Shown one piece after another: positions 1 to 12,069 of a stretch of DNA of 64,000 nucleotides. Position 1 is the first letter of the stretch; each line of letters begins with the position of its first letter. The notes under the pieces were generated by a model, which saw only the letters and a program-made list of their open reading frames with translations, did no database searches and was not told the DNA's origin. The DNA is taken from assembly GCA_002269645.1 (NCBI GenBank), contig NIVC01003152.1, positions 1 to 64,000 of the forward strand, written 5' to 3'. Source of the stretch: Macrostomum lignano. Its lineage: Eukaryota. The translations under genes were made by a program, and so were the position numbers.

Positions 1-36
1 AAGCACAAAAAAACAAAAACATCATAAAAACACTAA

Positions 37-400
37 ACATTTGTTGTCACAGTCATTACTTATGGCTGCAAGGTATGGGGTCCACTGGCCAGGCAATCAA
101 AAATTAAGGATCTGGATAATACTCAATTGAAATTCTATAAGTCTCTCCTTAAATTCTTAATCTACCAGAGCATACATACAAGCAATAAAGTCATACTCAA
201 TGAACTCAACATTCTTCCTATTTCTGAAATCATTAAGAAAAGGTACCTCCTTTTCTGGTTAAAACTTATTTAAAGCTAACTCTACTACCACTAGTCTCTT
301 TAACAACAATGACAATCCAATTGATCCTTGGAAGAAAGCCATCTCACAGCAACTTAAAGGCATTGATCTAATGCAAAAACTTCTACTGTTTAAATTGTAT
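37..400 (+). mobile_element. Decayed non-LTR retrotransposon, region C-terminal to the RT domain
   Basis: The frame from ~37 reads TFVVTVITYGCKVWG...KFYKSLL...NKVILNELNILPISEIIKKRYLLFWLKLI*, matching the YGxExWG ... ELG.. ..W.kl pattern after the RT domain of CR1/L2-group LINEs. No long ORF remains. Confidence 0.5.
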
Positions 401-653
401 TGTCCATTATTGACAACTTTTGTTAACACTAAGTTATTCATATCTAATTAAATACACTCTATTAACATAATGGGCACTACTTGCCCAAGCCAATTAACTA
501 CTACTACTACTACTACTACTACATTAAGTCAAGCCAAGGACAAAAGCCGAAAAATCATAATGAACAAGAATTCCTTGGCTTTATAAATTCATTTTATCTG
601 TGTCTTACCAGATGTATTCTGATTGAGGTTGTGCACATCATACCTCATTTCAG

Positions 654-2369
654 CTTCGAATCTGCAACGGCTCAGAGGAGCGCAAGAAGCTCCTTCCAGC
701 TTCTGGCCTGACCTTGGCGGACCTTCGCATCAAAGGTTGTTTAAAATTGGACATTGCAGATGTTGAAAATGTTCGCATTGTCACTTCTGACGGTTTCGAA
801 ATCGACGACGATGATTTAATATCGGAGGTGGCAAAGGAATGTAGAACTGTGTACTTCCTTCTTTCTGGAGAGTTGCTTCCAAGCTGCGGTGCATGCCCTG
901 TAGAACCTTCAACTACACCAAAGCAGCAAAGCGAAATACGCAATGTCGAGATTGCCACAACACCGAGTCGAGGCACACAGGCTCTGAGTCCAAATCCAGC
1001 TGTAGCAGCTACGGCTGCAACTACACTTCCATGGCCCGAAGTGTACTCGCTTCCACGAATGGACGATCTCGCCAACGCCCTTCGTGATCTACGAATGCAC
1101 CCCGAAAAGGGTTCCGATTTAAAAATGAACGCGACGTTTGTCAACAAGTTCCTTAAATTCATCGTCGATCACATCTGTTTGAACTATCTGTCGCCAAATG
1201 AACCATACCTGTCATCTAGCCAGATAACAGATGTGTGCACTTCCATAGTAACTTCGTATCCTGGACTGAAGGACACCTCATTAAGTGGGAGCTCAAGCTT
1301 TTGGCGCCAAAAGCTTATTCGGCGTTTCAAAGAGCTCCGGTTCGTTGGCGACTTTGTCGACAAGAGCAGCCCAACGGTTCAGGAGATGCGACGGAAGCAT
1401 GGTCGACTTGGTCATCGGCGTATAATTCTACCAAATGCTGCTGCAGCTGCTGCAGGCCCAAGTGCGGTTACTGTGAGCCAAAGGCATAAACGGCAGTACA
1501 AGGAAGTTGAAGGCCAGGAAGATGATGACAATGAAATTATAGCTTCACGTGCTAAAAGAGCCAACAAGCAGCGTATCAACGACGACGAAGATCTGATCGA
1601 AGAAGAAGGCGATGATGATAGTGATGCAGACGATGCTGGCAGTGCAATGGCGAAGAGCGTTGACTTCGGCGAGTTCGATACCGATGTACCACCGTCACAC
1701 GAAGCTCGTCGAACGAGATTGAACGAGACTCATCATGACTCTTCAATATCAGACGTTCTCAACGAAATGCAGGCTCTGTTTCCGATTCGAATATTGCGGT
1801 GCCAAGATTTGACGGTTAGTGACGAAATTGCCTTATATGCGCCACTGGTAAACATCGCAGTACTGCAGCAGGAGGCGTATCTCATGATCCAGACATACAA
1901 CAGAAGCAAAACTGACTATGTACTTCCACCAAGTCCATCGGAAATGAGAAGCAGGATTATTAACGCCTTGTTGCTTGTGTACAGTAAAAGGCAGTTGCTA
2001 AAAAATTTCAAGCTGTGCAAGGATTATGTGGAATTGCCAGTTGTTTCAGAGGAGGACAAGCTGCCTGTGGCTGTCTTTCTTCTTCTCGGTCGGTTGCGAG
2101 TCGACCCGTCTATTATTCTTCGCGACGCACTGCCAGTCAGAATTCTGACAGAGGATGGAAAATGGTGCGGCGTTTTCGTCAACGGTGCGAGCATCCCATT
2201 CGACAGTGTTACTGACTCGATAATTGCATTTGTAATTGTCTTCATCGCGTTCAACCTCCAGCACCTCCCTGCCCTAGAGGCGTTTCTGGAGGTAATCGAA
2301 GTGCTGTCGGGCCTTCGCAAGAAAGCCGTCCGCAAGGCTGCAGTAGCTATTTTGGATGCACTTCGTTAG
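654..2369 (+). CDS. Transposon accessory protein: N-terminal CIDE-N-like domain plus SAMD3-like C-terminal domain (3' exon; first exon not located)
   Basis: The ORF extends upstream of the track start to a tttcag acceptor (AG 652-653), giving LRICNGSEERKKLLPASGLTLADLRIKGCLKL...VTSDGFEIDDDDL...YFLLSGE (CIDE-N pattern). The C-terminus VFVNG...FDSVTDSIIAFVIVFIAFNLQHLPALEAFLEVIE resembles SAMD3-like proteins of animal CACTA/EnSpm elements. It ends ~840 bp inside a CACTG terminus. Confidence 0.7.
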   Translation, partial: LRICNGSEERKKLLPASGLTLADLRIKGCLKLDIADVENVRIVTSDGFEIDDDDLISEVAKECRTVYFLLSGELLPSCGACPVEPSTTPKQQSEIRNVEIATTPSRGTQALSPNPAVAATAATTLPWPEVYSLPRMDDLANALRDLRMHPEKGSDLKMNATFVNKFLKFIVDHICLNYLSPNEPYLSSSQITDVCTSIVTSYPGLKDTSLSGSSSFWRQKLIRRFKELRFVGDFVDKSSPTVQEMRRKHGRLGHRRIILPNAAAAAAGPSAVTVSQRHKRQYKEVEGQEDDDNEIIASRAKRANKQRINDDEDLIEEEGDDDSDADDAGSAMAKSVDFGEFDTDVPPSHEARRTRLNETHHDSSISDVLNEMQALFPIRILRCQDLTVSDEIALYAPLVNIAVLQQEAYLMIQTYNRSKTDYVLPPSPSEMRSRIINALLLVYSKRQLLKNFKLCKDYVELPVVSEEDKLPVAVFLLLGRLRVDPSIILRDALPVRILTEDGKWCGVFVNGASIPFDSVTDSIIAFVIVFIAFNLQHLPALEAFLEVIEVLSGLRKKAVRKAAVAILDALR

Positions 2370-3004
2370 ATGATTTTATAACGCCTAGACATGACTATTG
2401 TAATCATTTTCATTTTTATAATAATTATATTCATTTTCATGTTAGTACGATTGAATATGACTGTGAATTAATCGTAATCACAAGCCTAATCACAATCACA
2501 ATATTTATTTTCATATTCACAATCATAATCATAGAGTGTTATCTGTCATCAGAGGGTCACGGCGATGTTGGCTGCTTATTTATTGCCCTGTGTATTTAGT
2601 TTGTGCTTTTTAGTCTGTATATTCAACTTCACTCTTTGAGTGACCAAAGCAAACACTTATTCGCAATGTGTAATGTGCAACAAATAATTACTAAATATTA
2701 TTATTACCACTGTTTTTGTACTACAACAATAAATATTTTAGGATCAATCTTTATATACCATAAAAAATACTTTAAATTGGTTAACATCCTTCATAAACAT
2801 GCAATTGTTGATTACGAATGCTTCACTTCTTACTTTTCTTAAATTGAGCAATGACTGACAACATTGTATGCCTCACATAATGTAATTGGGAACAATTTTA
2901 CAGGTAAGGAAATTCATAAAATTCATACCTATAATAGTGGGTATTTTGTGTCTTGCAGATCAAGTGAATACATTTTGGGGTGTAATCGTTTTTATATTTC
3001 GGAC

Positions 3005-3209
3005 CCATAATGCGGACATCTGAAAAATATGGACTTTGCAATAGGGACCTTTCAAAATACGGACCTTTCAAAATACGGACCTTGCAATACGGACTTTACA
3101 ATACGGACCATCAAAATACGGACCTTTCATGGTCCGTTATTTCGACGCTCCGGACCCTCCACAATGGACCTTTCCCGGACCCTTCTTCGGACCTTTAGGA
3201 ATTACAGTG
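3005..3209. mobile_element. Right terminus of a CACTA/EnSpm (CMC) DNA transposon with subterminal repeats
   Basis: A dense run of (aatac)GGACC/GGACT short repeats in both orientations ends in ...ggaattacagtg (reverse complement CACTGTAATTCC) at 3209, exactly where the adjacent mariner coding sequence is cut. The left end is not in the window. Confidence 0.7.
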
Positions 3210-4052
3210 ATGGTCTTCTGGCTTTCCAAGAAGTCCACCATCACCACTCCCTCAACATCCCAGAGAATCGTCGCCAAGACCTTCGCTGCAGACTGTTCTG
3301 CATGGAACTTCTTGGGCCTGCTGAACCTCGTGGCAGCCACTCCTTGGATTGGACCTTGGACTCGGGATTGTACTGAAATATCCATGTTTCATCCTCGGTC
3401 ACTAAGCGCTGGTAACTGTTTTCTGAACCAGCGTCCAAGGGTTCAGCAGGTTGATGGCACACTCAGTATGCTGAACCCAGTGTTCAGGCCGCAACAGCCT
3501 CGGGACCCAGCGGGCACTCAGCTTGCTCAGACCAAGACAGTCCGTCACAATGGAGTGAGCACTGCCATGAGCAATGCCCACTTTGTCAGCAATATTGTCT
3601 ATGGTCACGCGCCGATCCAGCTCAATCACTGGCTGCACAGCTGCCACATTTTCCCCTGCGCGCGATGTTGTGGGCCTTCCCGATTGCTGGGCGTCTTCCG
3701 TGGACTCTCGGCCTTCCTTAAAAGCCTGAATCCAGCAATAAATGGTTGGATCTGGTGGAGCAGTGTCCCCATAGACCTTTTTCAAAGCGTCAATGATTTC
3801 GGCTGGCTTCCAACCAAGCTATACAAGAAACGTCACGTTAGTACGAGCTTCGATTTTTGAATTTTCCATTGCTGAAAGGGTATACTGTGATTAGAGTGTC
3901 ACCATGCAGGCATCAATCACTTTAGAAGAACCAAAACTCTGTCAAATAAAGATCAAAAGATGTTTTTTTTCAAATGAAACCAGTTGCAGTTCAATAACTC
4001 TGATATTTTAGGCGTGACAGCAAAATTATCATTACTTTTTTACTTCCCCTTG
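3210..4052 (-). mobile_element. Mariner (irritans/Hsmar2-like) element, 5' part: TIR plus disrupted transposase
   Basis: Minus strand begins TA|CAAGGGGAAGTAAAAAAGTAATGATAAT (TA at 4053-4054). ATG at 3869 reads MENSKIEARTNVTFLV*LGWKPAEIIDALKKVYGD...SGRP...SARWVPRLL, then RLVTEDETWIFQYNPESKVQSKEW and KVLATILWDVEGVVMVDFLESQKTIT, with a stop and frameshifts. Truncated at 3210 by the CACTA end. Confidence 0.9.
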
Positions 4053-4062
4053 TATATGGGAT

Positions 4063-4523
4063 ATCTTGGGACTATTTGGGATCAGCTGGGACTATTTGGG
4101 ATTAGTTTGGACTATTTGGAATCATCTGGGACTATTTGGGATCAGCTGGGACTATTTGGGATTAGTTTGGACTATTTGGAATCATCTGGGACTATTTGGG
4201 ATCAGCTGGGACTATTTGGGATTAGTTTGGACTATTTGGAATCATCTGGGACTATTTGGGATCAGCTGGGACTATTTGGGATTAGTTTGGACTATTTGGA
4301 ATCATCTGGGACTATTTGGGATCAGCTGGGACTATTTGGGATTAGTTTGGACTATTTGGAATCATCTGGGACCATTTGAGATCAGCTGGGACTATTTGGG
4401 ATTAGTTTGGACTATTTGGAATCATCTGGGACCATTTGAGATCAGCTGGGACTATTTGGGATTAGTTTGGACTATTTGGAATCATCTAGGACTATTTGGG
4501 ATCAGCTGGGACTATTTGGAATG
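4063..4523. repeat. 60-bp minisatellite (three 20-bp subunits, GGGACTATTTGG core), ~7.5 copies
   Basis: Near-identical consecutive 60-nt units. Confidence 0.95.
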
Positions 4524-5320
4524 AATAGGGGCTAAAATCCAAATAAAAACTTTAATATGCAATATTTCGATTAAATCGAATATGCAGTCATTGTTGTGAC
4601 GTAAATAAAGTGTGTTCGAAATTAGTCAAGTTAATAAATAGAAAAATACCTAAATTTGCCTTACCTTGCATTATCAGCCTCGCTCATAATTTCGATAATT
4701 TCGGTTGCAATCTCACTTTTCTTCTAATATATGAATTTCAAACGGTATGACAGGCCAGCCACTTACAGTGTAATTGACTGAGATTATCGAGCTAATTTAT
4801 AAGTCTTCTCCAAGTGGCACATGGCTGTGTCGATTTTTAAGAAGAATTTCTTGGAAATTCCAAGAATAAGATAGGCAGAGGCAGACAGGCGGGCAGGTCC
4901 CAGACACCCCCTTTCCGGCACAGTGTACATATGAATAGACGCACGCGCGCACATTATGCGTACATTTACATCCATCCAGTCCCGCCGTCGGCAACGTATA
5001 GCTTAACATTCTGCTAAATAGCTCGTATTACACCCTAGATTCTAACTAAAAAGCTTCACGGTTCAAGAGAAAAGGTCTGCTGTATTTCTTGGAAATTATT
5101 ATAATTTTTCTCTTGGACAATAGCGTACCTTTATCAACTGTTTTTTTACTCAAAGCTGCAAGATGTTAAGAAGGTCTGTCTGTCTACACGATTTTGTTTT
5201 CATTCCTCCCCACCCCCACGCACTAACTGACGTTTATTTTTTTATGTTTGCATCAATGTTTTTGATGCTTGTTTCAGTATTGCTGAATGATGGCTGATGA
5301 GCTTCATGTGTGGAGTAAGT

Positions 5321-5500
5321 GCGTGAGTGAGTGAGTGGGTGAGTAAATGAGTGTGTGAATGAGTGAGTAAATGAGTGAGTGAATGAGTGAGTGGGTGGGT
5401 GAGTAAGTGGGTGGGTGAGTGAGTGAGTGAGTGAGTGGGTAAGTGAGTGGGTGGGTGGGTGAGTGAGTGAGTGAGTGGGTGGGTGAGTGAGTGGGTGAGT
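5321..5500. repeat. (GAGT/GGGT)n microsatellite
   Basis: Direct reading. Confidence 0.9.
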
Positions 5501-6117
5501 GCTTAAAGTTATTTCTTCTGCTAAAGTGTTGTATTTTTGCTGCTTACAATCGCTTTGCTACAACCCTGATGACTGCAAAAAGGAAGTTCTCTGAATTCAA
5601 ACAAACCAAGTAAATATGACTCAACGAGAGGTTCCTTTAGCTCAGGCTTGACTTGAAAGGCGAGAATACCAGTGCAGGGCGAGAAGGGCGTCAGATTTGA
5701 CGAGCGTGGAATATGGCCCTCGGCCACAGAAGCAGCCAAAAAAACCCCAGTGGACTCGACCAAGCTAAAACAGACTTTAGAGGCTGTTGACGGAAAACTA
5801 GATCTTTTATAAAAGATAAAGTCCGAGAAACTGTTTCAATATTTGTTGAATCTTGTAATTATTTCATAGTTGAATGGAAAGCCTGGGCAAAAGTTAAAAA
5901 TAAAAACGCAATTCCACAGAAAAAGAGGGTCTTACAAGCTTGAAAGATAGTCTACTGATATTTGGACTGCTAAAATAATGTTTGTAATTACATGTAGAAG
6001 AACTTCCTGTCCCTGAACTTTTTGTCTTCTTAATGAGCTAAGGAATGAGAATCCAGCAAGGTGGCGGTGGTGGTGGCCCAGCAGCAACTGACACTGTGAG
6101 GCTGTCGGTTCAGTGAC

Positions 6118-6580
6118 TGGGGATCTAGGAGGCTGGCCCAGCAACTGAAGATCTGGGAGGCTGGCCCAGCAACTGAAGATCTGCGAGGCTGGCCCAGAAA
6201 CTGAGGATCTGAGAGGCTGGCCCAGCAACTGAGGATCTGAGAGGCTGGCCCAGCAACTGAGGATCTGGGAGGCTGGCCCAGCAACTGAGGATCTGGGAGG
6301 CTGGCCCAGAAACTGAGGATCTGAGAGGCTGGCCCAGCAACAGAGGATCTGGGAGGCTGGCCCAGCAACTGAGGATCTGGGAGGCTGGCCCAGCAACTGA
6401 GGATCTGGGAGGCTGGCCTAGCAACCGAGGATCTGGGAGGCTGGCCCAGTAACTGAGGATCTGGGAGGCTGGTCCAGTAACTGAGGATCTGGGAGGCTGG
6501 TCCAGCAACTGAGAATCTGGGAGGCTGGAGGCCCAGCAACTGAGGATCTGGGAGGCTGGAGGCCCAGCAACTGAGGATCT
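6118..6580. repeat. 28-bp minisatellite GAGGATCTGGGAGGCTGGCCCAGCAACT, ~16 copies
   Basis: Direct reading; it explains the repetitive ORFs at 5932-6642. Confidence 0.95.
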
Positions 6581-6836
6581 AAGAGGGTGTGATTCAACGA
6601 AATTTTAGAGGCTGCATAATAAATGATGAAAATGTATTGCATAGAAATGCTTTACAGCAATTGTACTTGGTAATTTTAAACGCCCACAGGTCACCATTAG
6701 TCAACAGAGAAGTGCATAAAATGCTCAGCTGGGCGTAGATGTATTTTGTAGGTAAAAACAGATAATCAAGCAACAAAAATGACACAAACTTTACAAAGGA
6801 AAATCGTGAGTTGTCCAGAAGAAGATATTTTCCAAG

Positions 6837-7202
6837 CTATTTTGGTCGCTTACTCTTAAAAGTGCAAGTATCGTCAGTGTCCGTGCTTCGCTTCAAAGAG
6901 CCAGCAGGCAGCACCTTTTCTATAATCGCTGGCCGTTTAATAGGGCCTGGCGAATGCTGGGCGGAGCTGACCGCTTTTTGCTGGCTGGAGACAGTTGAGC
7001 AACTTGTAGATGTAGACGACGTCACGGGCGTCCAGGGACCTACGACTGGTGCTGTCGCGGGTGTGACTGAGGCGGCGGCGGCGGGAGCCGCGGCAGGAGC
7101 GGCGGCAGTAGGGCCAGAATTGCCAAGCACGCGTATCTAGAGGAAAAGTTACATCTACTTTGATTTTCGTATTTTTATTTGCGCTGGTAGGTAGCGCTAC
7201 AT

Positions 7203-7253
<51 letters not shown>

Positions 7254-7372
7254 TACAGACAGACGGACAGACAGAGAGACAGACAGACAGACAGACATAC
7301 AGCCAGACATACAGACAGACGGACAGACAGAGAGACAGACAGACAGACATACAGACAGACGGACAGGCAAGC

Positions 7373-7454
<82 letters not shown>

Positions 7455-7460
7455 GCAAGC

Positions 7461-7499
<39 letters not shown>

Positions 7500-9116
7500 G
7501 AGCCAGCCAGAGAAACACTCACCTTAGTAGATTTTACAGCCGGTTTAGCATCATTGGCGCTGGCTGCAGGTTTTGGCTGCGGCCTCTCCCAAACGGTCTC
7601 TGTTGAGAATGAATCGCAGATTAATTTAATCACAGAGCTGTACAGCAAGTTTAACCCTATCCAAGCAACAGCCTCGCGACCCTCACCTCGAGTCTTTGTA
7701 TTCCAATAATAGACGCGCCCGTCTGCAGTTTTGGACTCTCGCCAATCCTGGCTGAGCACCGCAGCTTCTGCCGCTGCGGCAGCCACGGCTGAGGACTTAG
7801 CAGTGGTGGCCAGATCGCCGCGTTTGTAGCCGCTGGCTGCCGCAGCGGCTGCGGCAGGTGATGCAGTGGAGACAGGTGCAGATTGCGCTTGCGGAACTGC
7901 AAGAATAAAAATTTCTGATACTTGTTATTAAAACAACTAAGCAAAGTACAAGCTTTTTTTACTACTAATAGTAGCTTTACAATATTGCATTGAATTTATG
8001 CTAGCATTGTAGCAAAGTCAAGGATCAGCTTAATGCACCACCATGACCAGGATGTGGAGCACTGCTGTGACCAAATGGTGCACCAGCATGACCAGGATGT
8101 GGAGCACTGCTGTGAACAAAATGGCGCACCAGCATGACCAGGATGTGGAGCACTGCTGTGACCAAAATGGCGCACTAGCATGACCAGGATGTGGAGCACT
8201 GCTGTGAACAAAATGGCGCACCAGCATGACCAGGATGTGGAGCACTGCTGTGACCAAAATGGCGCACCAGCATGACCAGGAGGTGAAGCAATGCTATGAC
8301 CAAAAAAAGCGCAGCACCAGCATGACCAGGATGTGGAGCACTGCTGTGAACAAAATGGCGCACCAGCACAGCATCTCTGATACAGAATGAATCTCAGTTA
8401 TAAATAAAAATTTCAGGCAAAAAATGTTGTATTGTTATTAAAAGCACATCTTACCAGTGGTAGTAGTAGAACTGGAATCTGAGCTCTGACCAATACTTTT
8501 GGCTGCACCCTTTTGAAATGGAAATAAAGGACGAGCTTGTATATTAAAAGTGTGTCATTTGTAAATCAACTAAATATATTGCCTTAGAGAATTATAATTA
8601 TAGCACATGTGCTATAAATAAAAGCACAGCATAAACACCCACCTCATTCATCTGTTTGAAGCAATTATCCAGCAACCGCTTCTCGCGCTCATCTTTCATA
8701 GCTTGGATTCTAATCTGGGGAATAAAATGGAATCGATTCATAAACCAGATTAGAATCAAGTTTGTAAAACAAACAAGTTTGTAAAGTTTTACACACCTCT
8801 TTTAAACGTCTCTCAACATTTTCCTGATGATTTTTGCCACCTTCGTGTCTCTCTCTGGTCTGAAATTATAATTGAATATTTATTGCCTAATTAAGATATC
8901 AATAATAAAGTTATTAATTTGATTTCAAAGTAAGATAATAACAAATGAATTTCTACTTACAACTTTATTGTCAGCCATATAACAATTACAAGCGGTGCAA
9001 TAATACTTTGGCTGTGATTTCCAATAGTCGGCCCTAAAATTTCAATGGAAATATAATTTATAAACTAAATATGGCCAAAATATTGTTAAAACTGTAAGTA
9101 TTATTGAAACTCACAT
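6837..9116 (-). CDS. WBP4: WW domain-binding protein 4 / FBP21 (U1C-type zinc finger plus WW domain), ~283 aa, 8 exons
   Basis: Exons 9116-9115 (AT), 9033-8961, 8859-8797, 8714-8643, 8509-8455, 7896-7687, 7599-7523, 7136-6837; all GT-AG and in phase. Protein begins MADYWKSQPKYYCTACNCYMADNKVTRERHEGGKNHQENVERRL (WBP4 signature) and contains WW [27 protein letters not shown]. Confidence 0.9.
7200..7510. repeat. (ACAG)n microsatellite in WBP4 intron 7
   Basis: Direct reading. Confidence 0.95.
8030..8370. repeat. 46-bp minisatellite in WBP4 intron 5, ~7 copies
   Basis: Unit GGAGCACTGCTGTGAACAAAATGGCGCACCAGCATGACCAGGATGT. Confidence 0.95.
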
Positions 9117-9717
9117 GCTTGGAGTCCAAGTACTTTGTAAGTAACTATTAATCTTGACAAAATTAAGCTTCTTAAAATAGTTGTTTTAAAAAGATGAGAG
9201 CTTAGTTATTTTCTGAAAAAAATGTTTGCAATTCAGAATTACTTGCTTTAGATAATCAGATAGAACAGGCAATAAACTATTGCCATAGCACTTATTGAAT
9301 GAATTTGATTTTAATATTTTACTGAACAAGTAGCATAATTAATTGTGATAAACAAGATTTAATTAACAAAATATCAGTATTAATAAGGCTTATGCTAAAT
9401 AAGTAATCAAACAATAAGTATGGAAACAATAACAAAATACTATAACAATTGGCTCTGACAAAGCTGACCAAAGCTTTGTACCTGATAAACAAATCAATGA
9501 AACAATTGCAACATAAAAGCTAAGGAAAGAACAGTCAATAGATATCAACATTGTCCTGAAGCTTCTCTATATAATCAATATTACACTACATACACTTGCC
9601 ATCAGCTATACATGTTATCAATGGCATCAGTAGTGACATCAACAGATTCAGTAATTGTTTAACACCAATGCCAGACTGACAGTTTGTGAGATTGTAGATA
9701 TGCTTGGCAGTCCAAAG

Positions 9718-11101
9718 TAGGGGGCGACCGGGACGGCCAAAGTCGGGCCCGGGTCGGGCCCGGGAATGAGGACTCGGGCCCGGGTCGGGCCTCGGGAATT
9801 CGGGACAAGATCTTTAGGACAGCTCAATAATTGGAAAAAAATCATAATAAATCTTAATACTTTTAGCATATGCGGATTACTATTAAATATATAATAAATA
9901 TATGAATTTTTAAATTTAATATAATATATTAAATGTATAATAAATATATGATAAACATCAAATATATTATAATATATAAATACATTAAATATATAATAAT
10001 ATATAAATATAATAAATATTATTATTATTTAATACATTAGTTACGACTTCAGAATAGATAAGAGTTACATTAAAAGACTTAATACTCAAATATCAATATA
10101 CTCAATAGTTCAAATTCAATGTCCCTGTGTGGCACAAGTACTGTGTGTGTGCCAGTGACAATGACACTAACAGGCAGTGAGGTAGGCAAGCAGGCACTGC
10201 GGCAGTGCGGCTGGCACTGGCAGTGGCAGTAATCAAAAAGAAGAAAAGCTGAAGCATTAAGTGTAAGGCACTTGGCATTGGAAGCAGTAAGGAAGTAAGA
10301 ACCAAATCAATTGATTGATTCTTTTATTTGAATTTTTAGTTCCTTTACATAGCTTCAATGTAAAGAGCCATGTACACAGTCAGTATTCAGTAAGACAACA
10401 AGACAAGACAACAGAGCAGAACACAAATGAAGTGACAACACAACACAACACTCAACTGCCTCAACAGAACAGGCAAACAGACAATGGAAATACAAGTAAT
10501 TAGCTGATACCTGCCTACCTGCTCACCTACCCACCTAAACGAATATGATTACGAATACGATACAAATATGAACACGATTACAAACTCTGATACTGATAGA
10601 TAGCAAACTTCTTGGAAAAATGGTTGCCTTGGCCCTTAATAGGTACTTCTTGGAATGTAAATAGGAAATGTTATTTACAAAAGCTTAAAAATGACAAATC
10701 AACTTTTTAAAGAATCATATTTTTGCTTTTAGGCTGCAGCCTGCAGCGTGTAAAGTGGAATCAATATTGCAAAAAAGTATTGCAAAACTGTTTTAATTTT
10801 ATCTTCCTGGAAAAAAATCCGATCTTCCTGGAAAGTGGAAACTGCTGTGGCTGACACTCACGGTCACAGACAGTTGCAGTTGCAGTTGCATTTTCCTGGG
10901 GCTGGAATTAAACGTAAATTAGTGTGAATATGTTGAAAAATAATTTTATTCTTATTCGCACGCAGTTAGTGCCTTTAGGGAAAAAAGACTTGTCCCGATT
11001 TCCCGACTTTTTTAGGGTCGGGCCCGGGCTCGGGTCGGGCCACGATTTTGGTCGGGATTCCCGACTTTTCGGGCCCGGGCCCGGGACTGGGTCGCCCCCT
11101 A
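9718..11101. mobile_element. Non-autonomous hAT element (1384 bp)
   Basis: TIR TAGGGGGCGACC / GGTCGCCCCCTA; perfect 8-bp TSD GTCCAAAG at 9710-9717 and 11102-11109; TCGGG/CCCGA subterminal repeats at both ends; no transposase ORF. Confidence 0.9.
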
Positions 11102-12069
11102 GTCCAAAGTCCACTACTCTACTACACAATGATTGAGGCATTGGAACTAGCAAAGATCTTGGCCTACTATGGCTCTGTACCTTCTATACTATGACAATGG
11201 ACATGGCCAACATGTCTTTAATTGTGAACCTATTTTATATTAATGACAATTTAGAGACTATTATAAGTTTTTGGCAATTATTTTGTTAGACCTTAGACAA
11301 TCTCTGAGTAGGTCAAGTTTTGTTTTATGATCCCAATTAAAAAGAGTCAAAAAGACACTCAAATATATCAAAAAATTATGTTTCACAATTATTGTAGGCC
11401 TACATTGTACTCACTTTTCAAATCACTTCAAACAATCACTGCAAGTGTCATTGAAACATAGCATAGAGAGTTATAGAAGTGTAGCTTATATTCACTTTTG
11501 TTACATAAGCATTTAAATAGTGAAATTATATATAGGTGATTGTAAGACAAAACTGATAGAGCTTTTAAATTATATCAATTGTATCATAAAATTGAATAGA
11601 TTATTAGTATAGTCTAAAATTTGTAGTTTGATTATATTCTCCATCAGTAACAATTGATATATGGTTGAGAACAAAATTATTCATTATGGAAATTGCTTCT
11701 GCACCCCTCTCACTTGTCTTATGATCCCTACCCCACTCAATATAAAACATATTGGCAATTTCCAAGTTCTGTTCATTAAATTATTTTGACTCTAGAAAAG
11801 TATTATACGAACCATTCTAAATATAAATAACTTTTAAAACACTTACTCTTAATCAGGCATTAATTTTTTGCTTCAAAACTTGTTATAATATATCTGACAC
11901 TAGAAAGCTACAATAGTCTATGGGCAAAACATTAACAAGTGAACAAGACTTAACAGAAACAAAAAAAAAGTATTATTGTCTATGGTCAAATTGCCAATGA
12001 ACAGCAAAAGCTTTACACGCTATAGTAGTGGGAAATCCAATATACAATATTCCTAAATGGCTTCACTGG

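Noticed and set aside
4665-4870. Possible first exons of a minus-strand gene (..MSEADNAR|gtaag)
   Set aside because: Splice signals look plausible, but only a 59-bp exon and a 43-bp intron are visible, with no recognisable product or downstream exon.
5521-5830. Short ORFs with coding-like composition
   Set aside because: No motif, no consistent splice sites, and stops in the likely frames.
9660-11200. Mariner HTH-like peptide (NARLTVCEIVDMLGSPKST) reconstituted across the hAT insertion
   Set aside because: Only ~20 residues of weak similarity; suggestive but not supportable without an alignment.
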